DNA of 63,896 bases, filler included, from Octopus bimaculoides (Eukaryota): NCBI RefSeq assembly GCF_001194135.2. It is 6 parts of 6 records of this genome, joined end to end, with 100 filler letters (N's around TTAATTAATTAA, not from the genome) between each part and the next. Parts side by side here need not be neighbours in the genome. Positions count along the whole stretch, not along the records: positions 1 to 15,522 come from NC_068991.1; 5 more parts are not named here. The stretch is one strand, 5' to 3'. Each line of letters opens with the position of its first letter. Position 1 is the stretch's first letter. The position numbers and the translations under genes were made by a program. The notes beneath the pieces were generated by a model. It was given only the letters and a program-made list of their open reading frames with translations, was not told where the DNA came from and ran no database searches. Shown here one piece after another: positions 1-13,894 of this stretch.

Positions 1-141
1 GATAAGTACTAGGCTTACAAAGAATAAGTTCTGTTTGTTCGACTAAAGGCGGTGCTCCAGCATGGCCACAGTCAAATAACTGAAACAAATGAAGGAATAA
101 ATGAAAGAGAAACGAAAAAAGAATACACACACACACAAACA

Positions 142-180
<39 letters not shown>

Positions 181-343
181 ACACACACACATCTAAGTAA
201 GCTGCCAGGGATATACTATCCAGGCAGACTTACAGTACAGACTTGAGGTACAAACACTAATGAAATTGCGCCGACAATATGGCATGGTTGCCTCCGCAAC
301 AGTGTGCCGTTGCCGCAGTGGAAACATGTACATAACATGGTAA

Positions 344-624
344 TTGTTGGCACTCCGTCGCTTACGACGTCGAGGGTTCCAGTTGATCCGATCAACGGAA
401 CAGCCTGCTCGTGAAATTAACGTGCAAGTGGGTGAGCACATCACAGACACGTGTACCCTTAACGTAGTTCTCGGGGAGATTCAGCGTGACACAGTGTGAC
501 AAGGCTGACCCTTTGAATTACAGGCACAACAGAAACAGGAAGAAAGAGTAAGAGAAAGTTGTGGTGGAAGAGTACAGCAGGGTTCGCTAGCATCCCCTGC
601 CGGAGCCTCGTGGAGCTTTAGGTG
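344..624 (-). mobile_element. tRNA-derived SINE (family G), body and tail; head lost in the gap
   Basis: cacctaaagctccacgaggctcc... overlaps the head seen at 8643-8757; tail cgacggagtgccaacaa is shared with 8885-8959. Confidence 0.8.
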
Positions 625-802
625 NNNNNNNNNNNNNNNNNNNNNNNNNNNNNNNNNNNNNNNNNNNNNNNNNNNNNNNNNNNNNNNNNNNNNNNNNNNN
701 NNNNNNNNNNNNNNNNNNNNNNNNNNNNNNNNNNNNNNNNNNNNNNNNNNNNNNNNNNNNNNNNNNNNNNNNNNNNNNNNNNNNNNNNNNNNNNNNNNNN
801 NA

Positions 803-1316
803 AAAACAATATATGAGTATATGCATATATATGTACATGTATGTATATACGTTCATCTACATGTACATATAGATACATAACTGGGTACATGACGTGGCAA
901 AAGAACAAGGACAAGATGGTAAACAAGGTGCAACAAACATGCAAGCCACACAGAAACATCCCCTTCATCAGCTACCACCATCAAAACTCCGGCGTTTTGA
1001 AGAATTAAGGCAGTACACATCGTTAAAATGGTTCTTCCCACGAACACAAATTAAATTGTTTTCGTAGAGGGTAGTGGCGGACGGAAAACAAGACAGGAAA
1101 ACGAAACGGTGAAATAAACAAACAAAAAGGCTGTACAGCCAGACGTGAAGTGNNNNNNNNNNAAACGGTGAAATAAACAAACAAAAAGGCTGTACAGCCA
1201 GACGTGAAGTGTGTATGTCTTGAACGCTGTGAAGCACGTACAGGAGGGGCAAAGAAGTACGTGCGAGCTTGGTGATTCCAAGAACGAAAAGAAATAGCAG
1301 CCGGACACACGTATAT
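803..1316 (-). repeat. Dispersed repeat family E. Copies at 12205-12540 (+), 14681-14790 (+); related sequence at 3093-3290 (-)
   Basis: Co-linear homology gtgtccggct...ccgccactac...gtgggaaga...gctgatgaagg...acgtcctgtaccca, ending in TA/CA microsatellite. Confidence 0.8.
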
Positions 1317-1422
1317 ATACATGTATATATTTATATATATATATATATGTATGTATGTATATGTGTGTATGTGTGTGTATGCACCTATAAAATGTATTAT
1401 ATATACATGCGTCTATTAAATG

Positions 1423-1501
<79 letters not shown>

Positions 1502-1754
1502 GTAGAGCTATAAACTCAAGGTAGTAAACTCAGTAGCACACCTGGGCGTTTTGTCTAACAGGTTATTTCGCAGGAATAGTAATTTTACTCCTGACCTATC
1601 AATCAGTCAATAAAACAAACAATGCAATATTAATGAGTAAATTTATGATATTATGCAGTTTGTAAAGCTATTACATGTAGCAACAATCTATCGTACATTT
1701 ATTGAGATGTAAAATATAATAATAAATGAACACTAATAGAGATATAGTTCAAAT

Positions 1755-1950
1755 TTATGTTACGTACGTTTCCATAGAATGCTTATTTATTTGATTATTG
1801 ACGTATTACCTCATGAAAGCTGATAACCAGACCATTTCATCTGACATCTTTGTTGTATTAACGTTATATTGACTTGGTTATGTGGTTTTATGATTTCTTA
1901 GGTTAATAAGCAAATAAATAACTATTGTATGGAAACGCAACGTAACATAA
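1755..1950. mobile_element. MITE with ~50-bp TIRs, TA-flanked
   Basis: ttatgttacgtacgtttccatagaatgcttatttatttg versus caaataaataactattgtatggaaacgcaacgtaacataa. Confidence 0.75.
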
Positions 1951-2069
1951 TCGGAATATTTGAATATCGCTTTTCATATTTCATACATATAGATGTGTGT
2001 GTGTATGTGTGTTGTGTGCGTGCGTGCGTGTGAGTGTGTGCTTCTATGCATGTGCAAGTATTGTATAAA

Positions 2070-2144
2070 CAGGGACTTCGAAGTTTCGGCTAGCCAAAGC
2101 ATCATCGGACTGAAAGCCTAGCTGGCCGAAACTGCGAAATCAGT
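2070..2144. ncRNA. Back-to-back pair of minimal hammerhead-like motifs
   Basis: Minus copy: CAGT-CCGATGA-T-GCT..AGC-C-GAAAC-TTCGAA-GT-C-CCTG (stem III palindrome ACTTCGAAGT 2075-2084). Plus copy, degenerate: CTGAAA-GCC-tagct-GGC-CGAAAC-tgcgaa-at-c. Arms 2075-2094 and 2121-2140 are 17/20 reverse-complementary. Confidence 0.5.
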
Positions 2145-3757
2145 GTCAATGCTATGCGTGTAAAAGAATAGCAAATATCTACTCTACAGAATGTATTGAG
2201 TAACCCTACCGTTAAATGATTATTATTATATATATATACATATATATATAATATATATACACACATATATATATATATATGCATACATATACAAATATAC
2301 ATATACATATATATATATACATATGCATATATACATATACATCTATATATATATATATATATATATNNNNNNNNNNNNNNNNNNNNNNNNNNNNNNNNNN
2401 NNNNNNNNNNNNNNNNNNNNNNNNNNNNNNNNNNNNNNNNNNNNNNNNNNNNNNNNNNNNNNNNNNNNNNNNNNNNNNNNNNNNNNNNNNNNNNNNNNNN
2501 NNNNNNNNNNNNNNNNNNNNNNNNNNNNNNNNNNNNNNNNNNNNNNNNNNNNNNNNNNNNNNNNNNNNNNNNNNNNNNNNNNNNNNNNNNNNNNNNNNNN
2601 NNNNNNNNNNNNNNNNNNNNNNNNNNNNNNNNNNNNNNNNNNNNNNNNNNNNNNNNNNNNNNNNNNNNNNNNNNNNNNNNNNNNNNNNNNNNNNNNNNNN
2701 NNNNNNNNNNNNNNNNNNNNNNNNNNNNNNNNNNNNNNNNNNNNNNNNNNNNNNNNNNNNNNNNNNNNNNNNNNNNNNNNNNNNNNNNNNNNNNNNNNNN
2801 NNNNNNNNNNNNNNNNNNNNNNNNNNNNNNNNNNNNNNNNNNNNNNNNNNNNNNNNNNNNNNNNNNNNNNNNNNNNNNNNNNNNNNNNNNNNNNNNNNNN
2901 NNNNNNNNNNNNNNNNNNNNNNNNNNNNNNNNNNNNNNNNNNNNNNNNNNNNNNNNNNNNNNNNNNNNNNNNNNNNNNNNNNNNNNNNNNNNNNNNNNNN
3001 NNNNNNNNNNNNNNNNNNNNNNNNNNNNNNNNNNNNNNNNNNNNNNNNNNNNNNNNNNNNNNNNNNNNNNNNNNNNNNNNNNNNNNNNNNNNNATATATA
3101 TATATATATGTATATACATGTATGGGTAAAGGACGTCACAAAACGTAAATAACATGGAATACGAAAGCAAATGGAAATCAGAACAAGTAACATAAGGAAC
3201 GATCTTCATCAGTTGTCGGCTGTCTATCTACTCATCATTTCGAGCATTGAACAACAATATGAGTCTTCGAAGGCAGTTGCTCCCACAAAATCCAAACTAA
3301 AATTGGGAATTAATGGGGGGAGGGTCAAAGTTGGTAACAAAAAGAGGACAATGGAGGCATACAAGAAAACCGAACGAAAAGAAACATGGAGGGTCGTTAG
3401 ATCAGAACGTGGGTAAAATAGCGAACGCTGGAGAAATATATTCTTTGACAAGAGAAAAGACAGAAGAGAGGGATAGATAGGATAAGTGTAGTCTTTACGA
3501 CAGCTCTGAAGGAAATGAAAGATGATCACGTAAGGAAAAGAAAGATGGATGATGGTCACGTATGAGCAACGAGAGAGAGACAGAGAGTAAAGGATAGAAA
3601 ACGGTGAAGGCGAGAAAAAAAGGAACTAGAGAAAGGAGGAGAGAAAACGATAGGGAAGAGAACAGTATAGGGTAGAGTCGTATCAAAAATATTGAGATAA
3701 ACTTACTTGGAAATGGATGCGTGGTGATACATAGAGATATATATGTATGTGTGTGTG

Positions 3758-3812
<55 letters not shown>

Positions 3813-4965
3813 TCTTAAATGGCGTGTATAAATCTTCGACGCTGAAATTAATTTTGTTTCAGCACACAATCTCAGATCAAGTCACTTGCTATGCNNNNNN
3901 NNNNNNNNNNNNNNNNNNNNNNNNNNNNNNNNNNNNNNNNNNNNNNNNNNNNNNNNNNNNNNNNNNNNNNNNNNNNNNNNNNNNNNNNNNNNNNNNNNNN
4001 NNNNNNNNNNNNNNNNNNNNNNNNNNNNNNNNNNNNNNNNNNNNNNNNNNNNNNNNNNNNNNNNNNNNNNNNNNNNNNNNNNNNNNNNNNNNNNNNNNNN
4101 NNNNNNNNNNNNNNNNNNNNNNNNNNNNNNNNNNNNNNNNNNNNNNNNNNNNNNNNNNNNNNNNNNNNNNNNNNNNNNNNNNNNNNNNNNNNNNNNNNNN
4201 NNNNNNNNNNNNNNNNNNNNNNNNNNNNNNNNNNNNNNNNNNNNNNNNNNNNNNNNNNNNNNNNNNNNNNNNNNNNNNNNNNNNNNNNNNNNNNNNNNNN
4301 NNNNNNNNNNNNNNNNNNNNNNNNNNNNNNNNNNNNNNNNNNNNNNNNNNNNNNNNNNNNNNNNNNNNNNNNNNNNNNNNNNNNNNNNNNNNNNNNNNNN
4401 NNNNNNNNNNNNNNNNNNNNNNNNNNNNNNNNNNNNNNNNNNNNNNNNNNNNNNNNNNNNNNNNNNNNNNNNNNNNNNNNNNNNNNNNNNNNNNNNNNNN
4501 NNNNNNNNNNNNNNNNNNNNNNNNNTATATATATATATATATATGGTTACATAGGTACGTGTGTGCGCGTAAAAATCATTGAGAATTAAAGTAATGGTAT
4601 ATTTATAGTGAATAAATTTTTATTTTTGAGAAAAAGAAATTTGACAGTTATTTCCAAGATTTATAGGTCACTGTGTTTGTCAGACAGGTGGATGGCTGTT
4701 GGAGAAGGATGATTACTTATTTCCTGTCTGTGGAACTGTCTTCGTTGCACATGTTGAGAAAACTCCAGACTATGGCATATACCCACACACACAAATACAC
4801 AGAAATACACATGCACGCACGCACACACACACACACACACGCATATATATATTTATATATATACACACACATAAATACACATGCATATATATATGTATGT
4901 ATATGTATATATACGTATACGTATTTATAAACATAAATGTACACATATGGGCATATATATATGTG

Positions 4966-5097
<132 letters not shown>

Positions 5098-5273
5098 TAA
5101 TGTAATTAATGAGAGACGGAACATGGAAGGTACGGGAGTCTTTATTGATCTCTATAATCGGTTCGTAAGTAGAAGTGCTTTACCGACACACTACTATATG
5201 TATACCATACGATTTATTAAATACTAATTATATATATGTGTGTGTGTGCATGTGTGTGTATGTGTGTGTGTGC

Positions 5274-5321
<48 letters not shown>

Positions 5322-5324
<3 letters not shown>

Positions 5325-5620
5325 ATGGACTCTCTCGTCGTCAGACGACGTATGAGGGTTCGACAATTCCTTACCGAACATCGACACATGATTTTGTTTA
5401 TAGTGATGAAATGCTTGTGTTCACGTAAGCTCACTCCCTCCATCAAATCGATATTACCTGTACATGTGCACCATGTGCCACATGTCAAATGACGATATGG
5501 TTGCAGAGCAACGCGAAATGAGGTGCTTTGCTCAAGAGCATAGCGCAACGCCCGGTCTGAGAATCGAACCCACGATCTCGTAATCGTGGGTGCAACACCT
5601 TAACCACCAAGTCATGCGCC

Positions 5621-5624
<4 letters not shown>
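5322..5624 (-). mobile_element. tRNA-derived SINE (family D). Related heads at 6045-6330 (-), 20110-20410, 21598-21830, 32965-33110 and 36255-36560 (+)
   Basis: gaaggcgcatgacttggtggttaagg...gggttcgattct head followed by gtgtccttgagcaagacact.catttcac.ttgctc. Confidence 0.8.
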
Positions 5625-5672
<48 letters not shown>

Positions 5673-5949
5673 TACATGCACATAGAGTTAATTCAAGAAA
5701 CGGAGGAGACAAGAAAAAATCACAACAANNNNNNNNNNNNNNNNNNNNNNNNNNNNNNNNNNNNNNNNNNNNNNNNNNNNNNNNNNNNNNNNNNNNNNNN
5801 NNNNNNNNNNNNNNNNNNNNNNNNNNNNNNNNNNNNNNNNNNNNNNNNNNNNNNNNNNNNNNNNNNNNNNNNNNNNNNNNNNNNNNNNNNNNNNNNNNNN
5901 NNNNNNNNNNNNNNNNNNNNNNNNNNNNNNNNNNNNNNNNACACATATG

Positions 5950-6012
<63 letters not shown>

Positions 6013-6610
6013 CACACACACACACATATAGATGATGATGATGACTTTCCCGTCGAAGACGACATATTGGCATTCAGCTTTTGCCGAACGACCTGCACAA
6101 ATGATTTGTTTATAGAGATCAAATGTTCGTGCCGAACATTATCTCACTCTCTCCGTCAAATTGACTTTGTCTGAACAGATACACGTTGTGTCACTCGTCA
6201 GGCATAGAAGTGATCGCAGAGCAGCGTGAGATAAAGTGTTTTCCTCAAATACACAACACAGCACTCAGCCTAGGAATTGAAACCACGATCTCGCAATCGC
6301 CAGTGCAATATCCTTTCCACCAGGCCATACATGTGTGTGTGTGTGTGTGTGTGCTTGCGATGCGTGTATCACATATCGTAACAGACGAATGGCGTTTAAA
6401 TCTAGCGGCGATTGCTTGGCTAGGAATCTTTATTTAATGCAATCATAATACAATATCTTGAGTTATATCATACATTATTTATACAGTCAATCCGCGAGTT
6501 GCCGATTAATTTTCAACCAGTGGAGTTAAAGTTGCCAATATATAAGTCTAGTAAGTGGGTGTACTTAGAAGCTGACAATCAATTATAGTATATATGAGAT
6601 ATAAATATAT

Positions 6611-6824
6611 TCTTTTCTGTTCTAGGCACAAGGCCCAAAATTTTGGGTGAGTGGGGCAATCGATTAGATCGACCCAAGTTCGCAACTGGTAACTAATTTA
6701 TCGACCCAGAAAGGATGAAAGGAAAAGTTGACCTCGGCGGAATTTGAACTCAGAACGTAAAGACAGACGAACTACCGCTAAGCATTTCGAGCGGAGTGCG
6801 AACGTTTCTGCTAGCTCGCCGCCT
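6611..6824 (-). mobile_element. tRNA-derived SINE (family C) with perfect 18-bp TSD. Other copies: 28563-28775, 31925-32130, 32158-32525 (two in tandem), 37116-37280, 40425-40850, 46826-47010
   Basis: TSD tatgagatataaatatat at 6593-6610 and 6825-6842. Conserved body gttcaaattccgccgaggtc.actttgcctttcatcctttc.gggtcgataaa.tagtaccag. Confidence 0.9.
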
Positions 6825-7039
6825 TATGAGATATAAATATATCATAAATGTTTGTGCACGCGCGCAGACACATACACACACACACACACACACATACACA
6901 CACACCACGCGCACGCACACNNNNNNNNNNNNNNNNNNNNNNNNNNNNNNNNNNNNNNNNNNNNNNNNNNNNNNNNNNNNNNNNNNNNNNNNNNNNNNNN
7001 NNNNNNNNNNNNNNNNNNNNNNNNNNNNNNNNNNNNNNN

Positions 7040-7080
<41 letters not shown>

Positions 7081-8062
7081 TAGTGAAAAATAATGTGATG
7101 TCTATCACAAATAACAAGTCCTCCGACATATCAACGCACTGTTTTATTCGTTTGTTCCCCCACCCTTTATTTATGCATATTTTTGTACTTTTATATGAAA
7201 GAGCACTCTAGCTAATCCTTTTCTATTAAGAACTCAACATTTCTTATTCCATCTTTACAATTCTTCCCAAATACGATCGTCTCTAAATAACACAAGTTCA
7301 AAGAATTTAATACCAATGATTCTAGCCTCGCGTAATCAATCTCTTCTCAAATATTATTCATAAAAGAATAATTTTTAAACTGTCAAACGCAAGTTCAAAC
7401 AGAAGACGTCAAGAAATTTTATTAACAATGTAGCAATATATCTCATTTTGGAGTGTTCACCAAAAATGATGTACTACTTTTATCTTTTTACATTGTGTAT
7501 ATTAAAAATTGAAGTACAAAGGGCAGCGTTGACCTACCTCGATAAATTTTTCTACATCTAAGCATTCAGTCAGACACACGTAGTTTTCCACAAATGAATC
7601 ATAAAATCATAATAATGATTTTTATATGCGATTTCCTTCTCCTCCACTCTGCTCATGTACGTCTCACATGAAAGCCACAATAAATAGTTTTAACCTTTGA
7701 AAGTTTCAAAGAAATATTTTTGCAATTTTGTAGAGAATGCGATCCAATCTGTCGAAAGTTCTGGCCATCAGTTGTAAGGAACTTTTGCAGTGCAGACGGC
7801 TTAGTACATGTCACTCTTGTGTTTTGTTTACCAGATATGTCGATGACAACCTCATATTTACATATTCTCTGGGCGAGGTTAAAAGACTCAATAAAAGATA
7901 TAACGTGCAATAACAATCGTCGACGTCTTGGATAAATTCTTTCCAATCTCAAAGAATTCGTAAGATTGATAACAAGGAGTTCGTAGTATTAGTGTTAGCA
8001 GAGTGAAGGAAAAAATAAACTTCACATTAGCAAGAAGGCTGCTCTGATCTGGAAATATTATA

Positions 8063-8369
8063 CAGTCTCTTTTCGACTTACGACCGTCCGCACTTACGAC
8101 AAAAAAATAAAGAAATATAAAAAGATAGATAAATAAATAATCGATTTTCGGACGTTGGGCAGTTGCGCGTCCCATAACTATAGCAGCAGTTGGCAACGCA
8201 GGCCTGCCTCAGACCCAGGCACCCACTGCCTGCCACCGTCTCTCAGTCGCTTTCAAGTATCAGTTGTGTTTGAATGAAAATAGTGTTCAAAAATATAAAT
8301 GCGACACACAACCAAATCGACTTACGACCTGTCAGTCGGAAGGGAACTCGGTCGTAAGTCGAGGAGGTG
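8063..8369. mobile_element. Tigger/pogo-like MITE
   Basis: TA|cagtctcttttcgacttacgacc ... ggtcgtaagtcgaggaggtg|TA, with an extra internal copy of tcgacttacgacc forming a subterminal hairpin. Confidence 0.75.
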
Positions 8370-8630
8370 TATTTTCAATACAACAGAGTAAAAATATCGA
8401 GGCAATTTTATATACATTGATCGAATATATTATGTTGCGGTACTTATCGCTACACACAGATGGGTGTATTGAGCGGCTGGGGGTTAAATATCGCAATCAA
8501 ACACACATACAGGCATCATATATATATTTTAGTGGTTATTGGACATTTAGCGACCATTGAGCTTTATGTCACACTCGGGTTCTCAGGGCCTAATGCACTT
8601 TTAGCGCCCGTTACGCTTTTAGTAATCATT

Positions 8631-8959
8631 AGTCTTTTAGTGTGGAGGCGCAATGGCCCAGTGGTTACGGCAGCGGACTCGCGGTCATAGGATCGCGGTT
8701 TTGATTCCCAGACAGGACGTTGTGAGTGTTTATTGAGCGAAAACACCTAAAGCTCCAGTGATTAATTAATTTTTAATGATTACTAAAATCCTAGTAGTCA
8801 CTAAATGTCCAATAGGCATCATAAGTCTAATAGGCTCTGAAGGGCTCAGTGATTGCTAAAAACTGAAGAGCCACTAAAAGACTCTGTTGGCACTCCGTCA
8901 CTTACGACGTCGAGGGTTCCAGTTGATCCGATCAACGGAACAGCCTGCTCGTGAAATTA
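8631..8959. mobile_element. Family G SINE split by an inversion
   Basis: Head on + at 8643-8757 and tail on - at 8885-8959. The 12-bp TSD agtcttttagtg occurs at 8631-8642 and, inverted, at 8872-8883. Confidence 0.7.
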
Positions 8960-9370
8960 NNNNNNNNNNNNNNNNNNNNNNNNNNNNNNNNNNNNNNNNN
9001 NNNNNNNNNNNNNNNNNNNNNNNNNNNNNNNNNNNNNNNNNNNNNNNNNNNNNNNNNNNNNNNNNNNNNNNNNNNNNNNNNNNNNNNNNNNNNNNNNNNN
9101 NNNNNNNNNNNNNNNNNNNNNNNNNNNNNNNNNNNNNNNNNNNNNNNNNNNNNNNNNNNNNNNNNNNNNNNNNNNNNNNNNNNNNNNNNNNNNNNNNNNN
9201 NNNNNNNNNNNNNNNNNNNNNNNNNNNNNNNNNNNNNNNNNNNNNNNNNNNNNNNNNNNNNNNNNNNNNNNNNNNNNNNNNNNNNNNNNNNNNNNNNNNN
9301 NNNNNNNNNNNNNNNNNNNNNNNNNNNNNNNNNNNNNNNNNNNNNNNNNNNNNNNNNNNNNNNNNNNNNN

Positions 9371-9430
<60 letters not shown>

Positions 9431-10293
9431 GACGGGCTTCTATCAGTTTCCGCCTACGAAATCCACTCATGATGCTTTAGTTGACTCGAGAATATACTAG
9501 AGGGCTTTTACCAAAGGTATCACGTAGTGGGACTAAACCTGGAGCCATGTGGTTGGGAAGCAAGCCTCTTACCACACAGCCAACCATGAACCATATTTCT
9601 TGAGTTAATTTTAATACGGCTGGGCAAAGCGATACAAGCTCTCTCTAAAGAAGGCCTGCATCAGATGGTTTGTATGTGTGTGTACATGCGCGTGTTTCAT
9701 GCATGTGCTGTATTTAGGGACGTGTGTATACATGTAATTTAATATCTGTGTATTTATACACGCATTAAATATACTATATAAGTAGAAGTTAATATAACAA
9801 ACAGATCTTTTTCTTTCTTTTTTTTTTTTCAATTTTACCCAGAAATACCTGTATACAATGGTATGTTGCGAATTTTCATTTGAATATATAAATATATGTC
9901 TGCGTGAGTCTATAAATATATACACCCACACACAGGCCAACAAATACACCGAACGTTAGTACACTAACACAGAAACACAGATTATTAAAAAAAAAAAGGA
10001 TTTTTACATACAGGCATACTTACCTATATAATTGCATACATACATAAATACATACATACATACATACATACATACGCACATATAAATTTACAATTACTTA
10101 TGACCCTATATGCATACAAACATACAAACATACCTACATACATATATACACATAAACATACGTAATTGCTTACACTCATATATATATACCTACATATGTC
10201 CATACTTATATACATATATGCATACATAATTACATACACTCATACATACATACGCACATACATACATAATAGCATACATATTTAGATATACAT

Positions 10294-10350
<57 letters not shown>

Positions 10351-10591
10351 CTCTTTCTAATACATCGGATGTCCACTTAGTGGTCATCCCTTCTTATACG
10401 CATGTAATACAATTTTTCTGAATTTCCAGATACATACATATATACATACATAATGGATACATACTCACATGCATACAAATAAAGATACATTTATAAATGC
10501 ACACACACACATATACATATACACATACACAATTACATATGCGCATACATATGTAACTCGACGCTTAAATGAATTCACACACACACACACA

Positions 10592-10628
<37 letters not shown>

Positions 10629-11551
10629 TCATGTATACATGCATACAAGCAGACAGACAGACAGACATGCTTACAAAAATACTAATATAGACGTGTACTG
10701 AGGTAGACAACCGAACGAACCGACAGATTACGAACAGACAGGTGAAGAATGACAGCCATGCACCCATAGATTCAGAGAGATGTACATATATGCACAGAGA
10801 CACGCAGCCTCAGATAATTTATACAAGGTTATCTATAAAGTTTTCATATTAAAGTGCAAATTATCACTTAACTGTCGTTAACCTGGTGCAACTATTAATA
10901 TAGACATGAGCAGAGGGATTACAGATTACGAACCAATCAAAGCTATTTAAGGTATGTTATGCCGACAAATACATACAGGTATATAGACAAGCTCACACAA
11001 CTGCATATGTATTAATGCGTAAGAATATATATATATATATATATATANNNNNNNNNNNNNNNNNNNNNNNNNNNNNNNNNNNNNNNNNNNNNNNNNNNNN
11101 NNNNNNNNNNNNNNNNNNNNNNNNNNNNNNNNNNNNNNNNNNNNNNNNNNNNNNNNNNNNNNNNNNNNNNNNNNNNNNNNNNNNNNNNNNNNNNNNNNNN
11201 NNNNNNNNNNNNNNNNNNNNNNNNNNNNNNNNNNNNNNNNNNNNNNNNNNNNNNNNNNNNNNNNNNNNNNNNNNNNNNNNNNNNNNNNNNNNNNNNNNNN
11301 NNNNNNNNNNNNNNNNNNNNNNNNNNNNNNNNNNNNNNNNNNNNNNNNNNNNNNNNNNNNNNNNNNNNNNNNNNNNNNNNNNNNNNNCTCTCTCTCTCTC
11401 TCTCTCTCTCAGTCACACACAAAACATATACACATATTATTTAGACATGTGTGATGATTTAATATGTAATTATCTATGTATTTATACTTAAATATTTATC
11501 GTCTGAAAATCTTCAATCTGTTTTTGGGTGTATGAGTGTGTGTATATATTT

Positions 11552-11600
<49 letters not shown>

Positions 11601-12151
11601 GTGTGTGTGTATGTAAATGTATGTATGCATATATAAAATCATCATCGTTTTTTTTTCTTTTTTAGTCTTTGCAATGCGGCCATGTAGGAGCACCGCCTTG
11701 AAGAATTCGACTCTATCAAAAAGAGACGCCGGGTCTTTTTTAAACCCTGTTACTTTTTCATGTTTAACTCCTTTTCCGAACTGCTAGTTTGCTGCCCTCT
11801 ACACCGATTGTGAAGTGTTGACGGGAGACAAGCACAAAGATAGTCATATCGGTATACATACATACATACATACATACATACATACATACATACATACAAT
11901 ATATATACTCTTTCATTCTTTTACTCGTTTCAGCTATTTGACTGCGGCCATGCTGGAGCACCGTCTTTAGTCGAAGAAATCGACCCTTCAGGATTTATTC
12001 TTTGTAAGCCTAGTACTTATTTTATCGGTTTTCTTTTTCCAAACCGCTACGTTACGGGGACGTAAACACACCAACATCGGTTGTCAATCGATGGTGGGGG
12101 ACAAACACAGACGCACAAACACACACACCTAAATATATATACATATATATT

Positions 12152-12183
<32 letters not shown>

Positions 12184-12538
12184 CATATATATACCCCTCG
12201 CTGGTCACATGTGTCCGGCTACTACTTCATTTTCCTGTCTTGTTTTCTGTCCGCCACTACATTCCTCCACGGTACAAATTTCATTTGTGGTCCGTGGGAA
12301 GAGCCATTCTAAGAATGTGCCCTGCCCTAACTCTTCGAAAGGCTTAGTTTTAGAATGGTGGCAGCTGATGAAGGAAATGTTCTCTATGTGGCCTGTGTGT
12401 TTTCTGTACTCTGTTTATCATTTTGTCCACGGTTTTTTTGCAACGTCCTGTACCCAGATATGTATCTATATATACATGTGGATGTAGGTATGTACATACA
12501 TGTACGTATATATGCATATAAACATATATTATTTATAT

Positions 12539-12572
<34 letters not shown>

Positions 12573-12995
12573 NNNNNNNNNNNNNNNNNNNNNNNNNNNN
12601 NNNNNNNNNNNNNNNNNNNNNNNNNNNNNNNNNNNNNNNNNNNNNNNNNNNNNNNNNNNNNNNNNNNNNNNNNNNNNNNNNNNNNNNNNNNNNNNNNNNN
12701 NNNNNNNNNNNNNNNNNNNNNNNNNNNNNNNNNNNNNNNNNNNNNNNNNNNNNNNNNNNNNNNNNNNNNNNNNNNNNNNNNNNNNNNNNNNNNNNNNNNN
12801 NNNNNNNNNNNNNNNNNNNNNNNNNNNNNNNNNNNNNNNNNNNNNNNNNNNNNNNNNNNNNNNNNNNNNNNNNNNNNNNNNNNNNNNNNNNNNNNNNNNN
12901 NNNNNNNNNNNNNNNNNNNNNNNNNNNNNNNNNNNNNNNNNNNNNNNNNNNNNNNNNNNNNNNNNNNNNNNNNNNNNNNNNNNNNNNNNNNNNNN

Positions 12996-13052
<57 letters not shown>

Positions 13053-13850
13053 ATATATGTATATGTGTGTTAAATTAAAATGCAAATATTTTCGATCCAT
13101 GCTATTGATCCCCAGAAAGAAGAGTGGCGTATCTTTTGATGGTTCATTTCACTAACTTCCTTTCTCTTTTTTTTTCTGCAGATCAGTCACGTGTAACAAT
13201 GTATTTGCATTCCTAATTGTATAACATAACGTAATATTTAAATTCCTTTCAATCCGTATATATTCATTGTTGTGCATAAAATACGTGGGCGTGCACGCGT
13301 GTGTGTTTGTGTCTGTACGCTTGTGTGTTTGTATATGTTCCTGTATGGAAAAGACAGGTATAGCATCCCAGGAATTAAAACGGCAAAGTAATCTAGATAA
13401 GACTCTTTATCAACTTCAACTAGGGCGATGATGATCTTATCAGTTACCACATCATTCTTATGATCCTTTGTTGCTTATTACCAAACGCCACTATATTACA
13501 TCACTATCACCACTTGATAATTCCAAGAAGGTTTCATGGCAGTAATGGACACTGGAATATTACCGTCATGAACTTTCGTTAACTGCAACAATTAATATTG
13601 ACCTAAGCTTGAGAAGGTGCTACAGTTTAAAACGAATCCATCGTATTTAGTGCACATTATCCGCACAAACACATACATGTACCTGCATATGCAGATATAC
13701 AAATACTGGTATGTGCATATATGTATGCGCATGTCTGTATGGGTACGTACATATATGTTTGTGCTTTATAAGTTTACAAAACTTATGAACATCTATTGAT
13801 TAAAGAGGTAAAATTATCAGAAAAGCCATTTCTATTCATTTTCTCAAATC

Positions 13851-13894
<44 letters not shown>

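Noticed and set aside
1104-1211. 49-bp direct repeat flanking a 10-N gap
   Set aside because: Exact overlap of contig ends around a minimal gap; assembly artefact.
7480-7580. DVEKFIEVGQRCPLY, faintly MADF-like, on the minus strand
   Set aside because: Too short and stop-ridden to support a Harbinger call.
8643-8712. tRNA-like sequence (also in the other SINE heads)
   Set aside because: A/B boxes run straight into SINE body with no complete cloverleaf or acceptor stem; not a tRNA gene.
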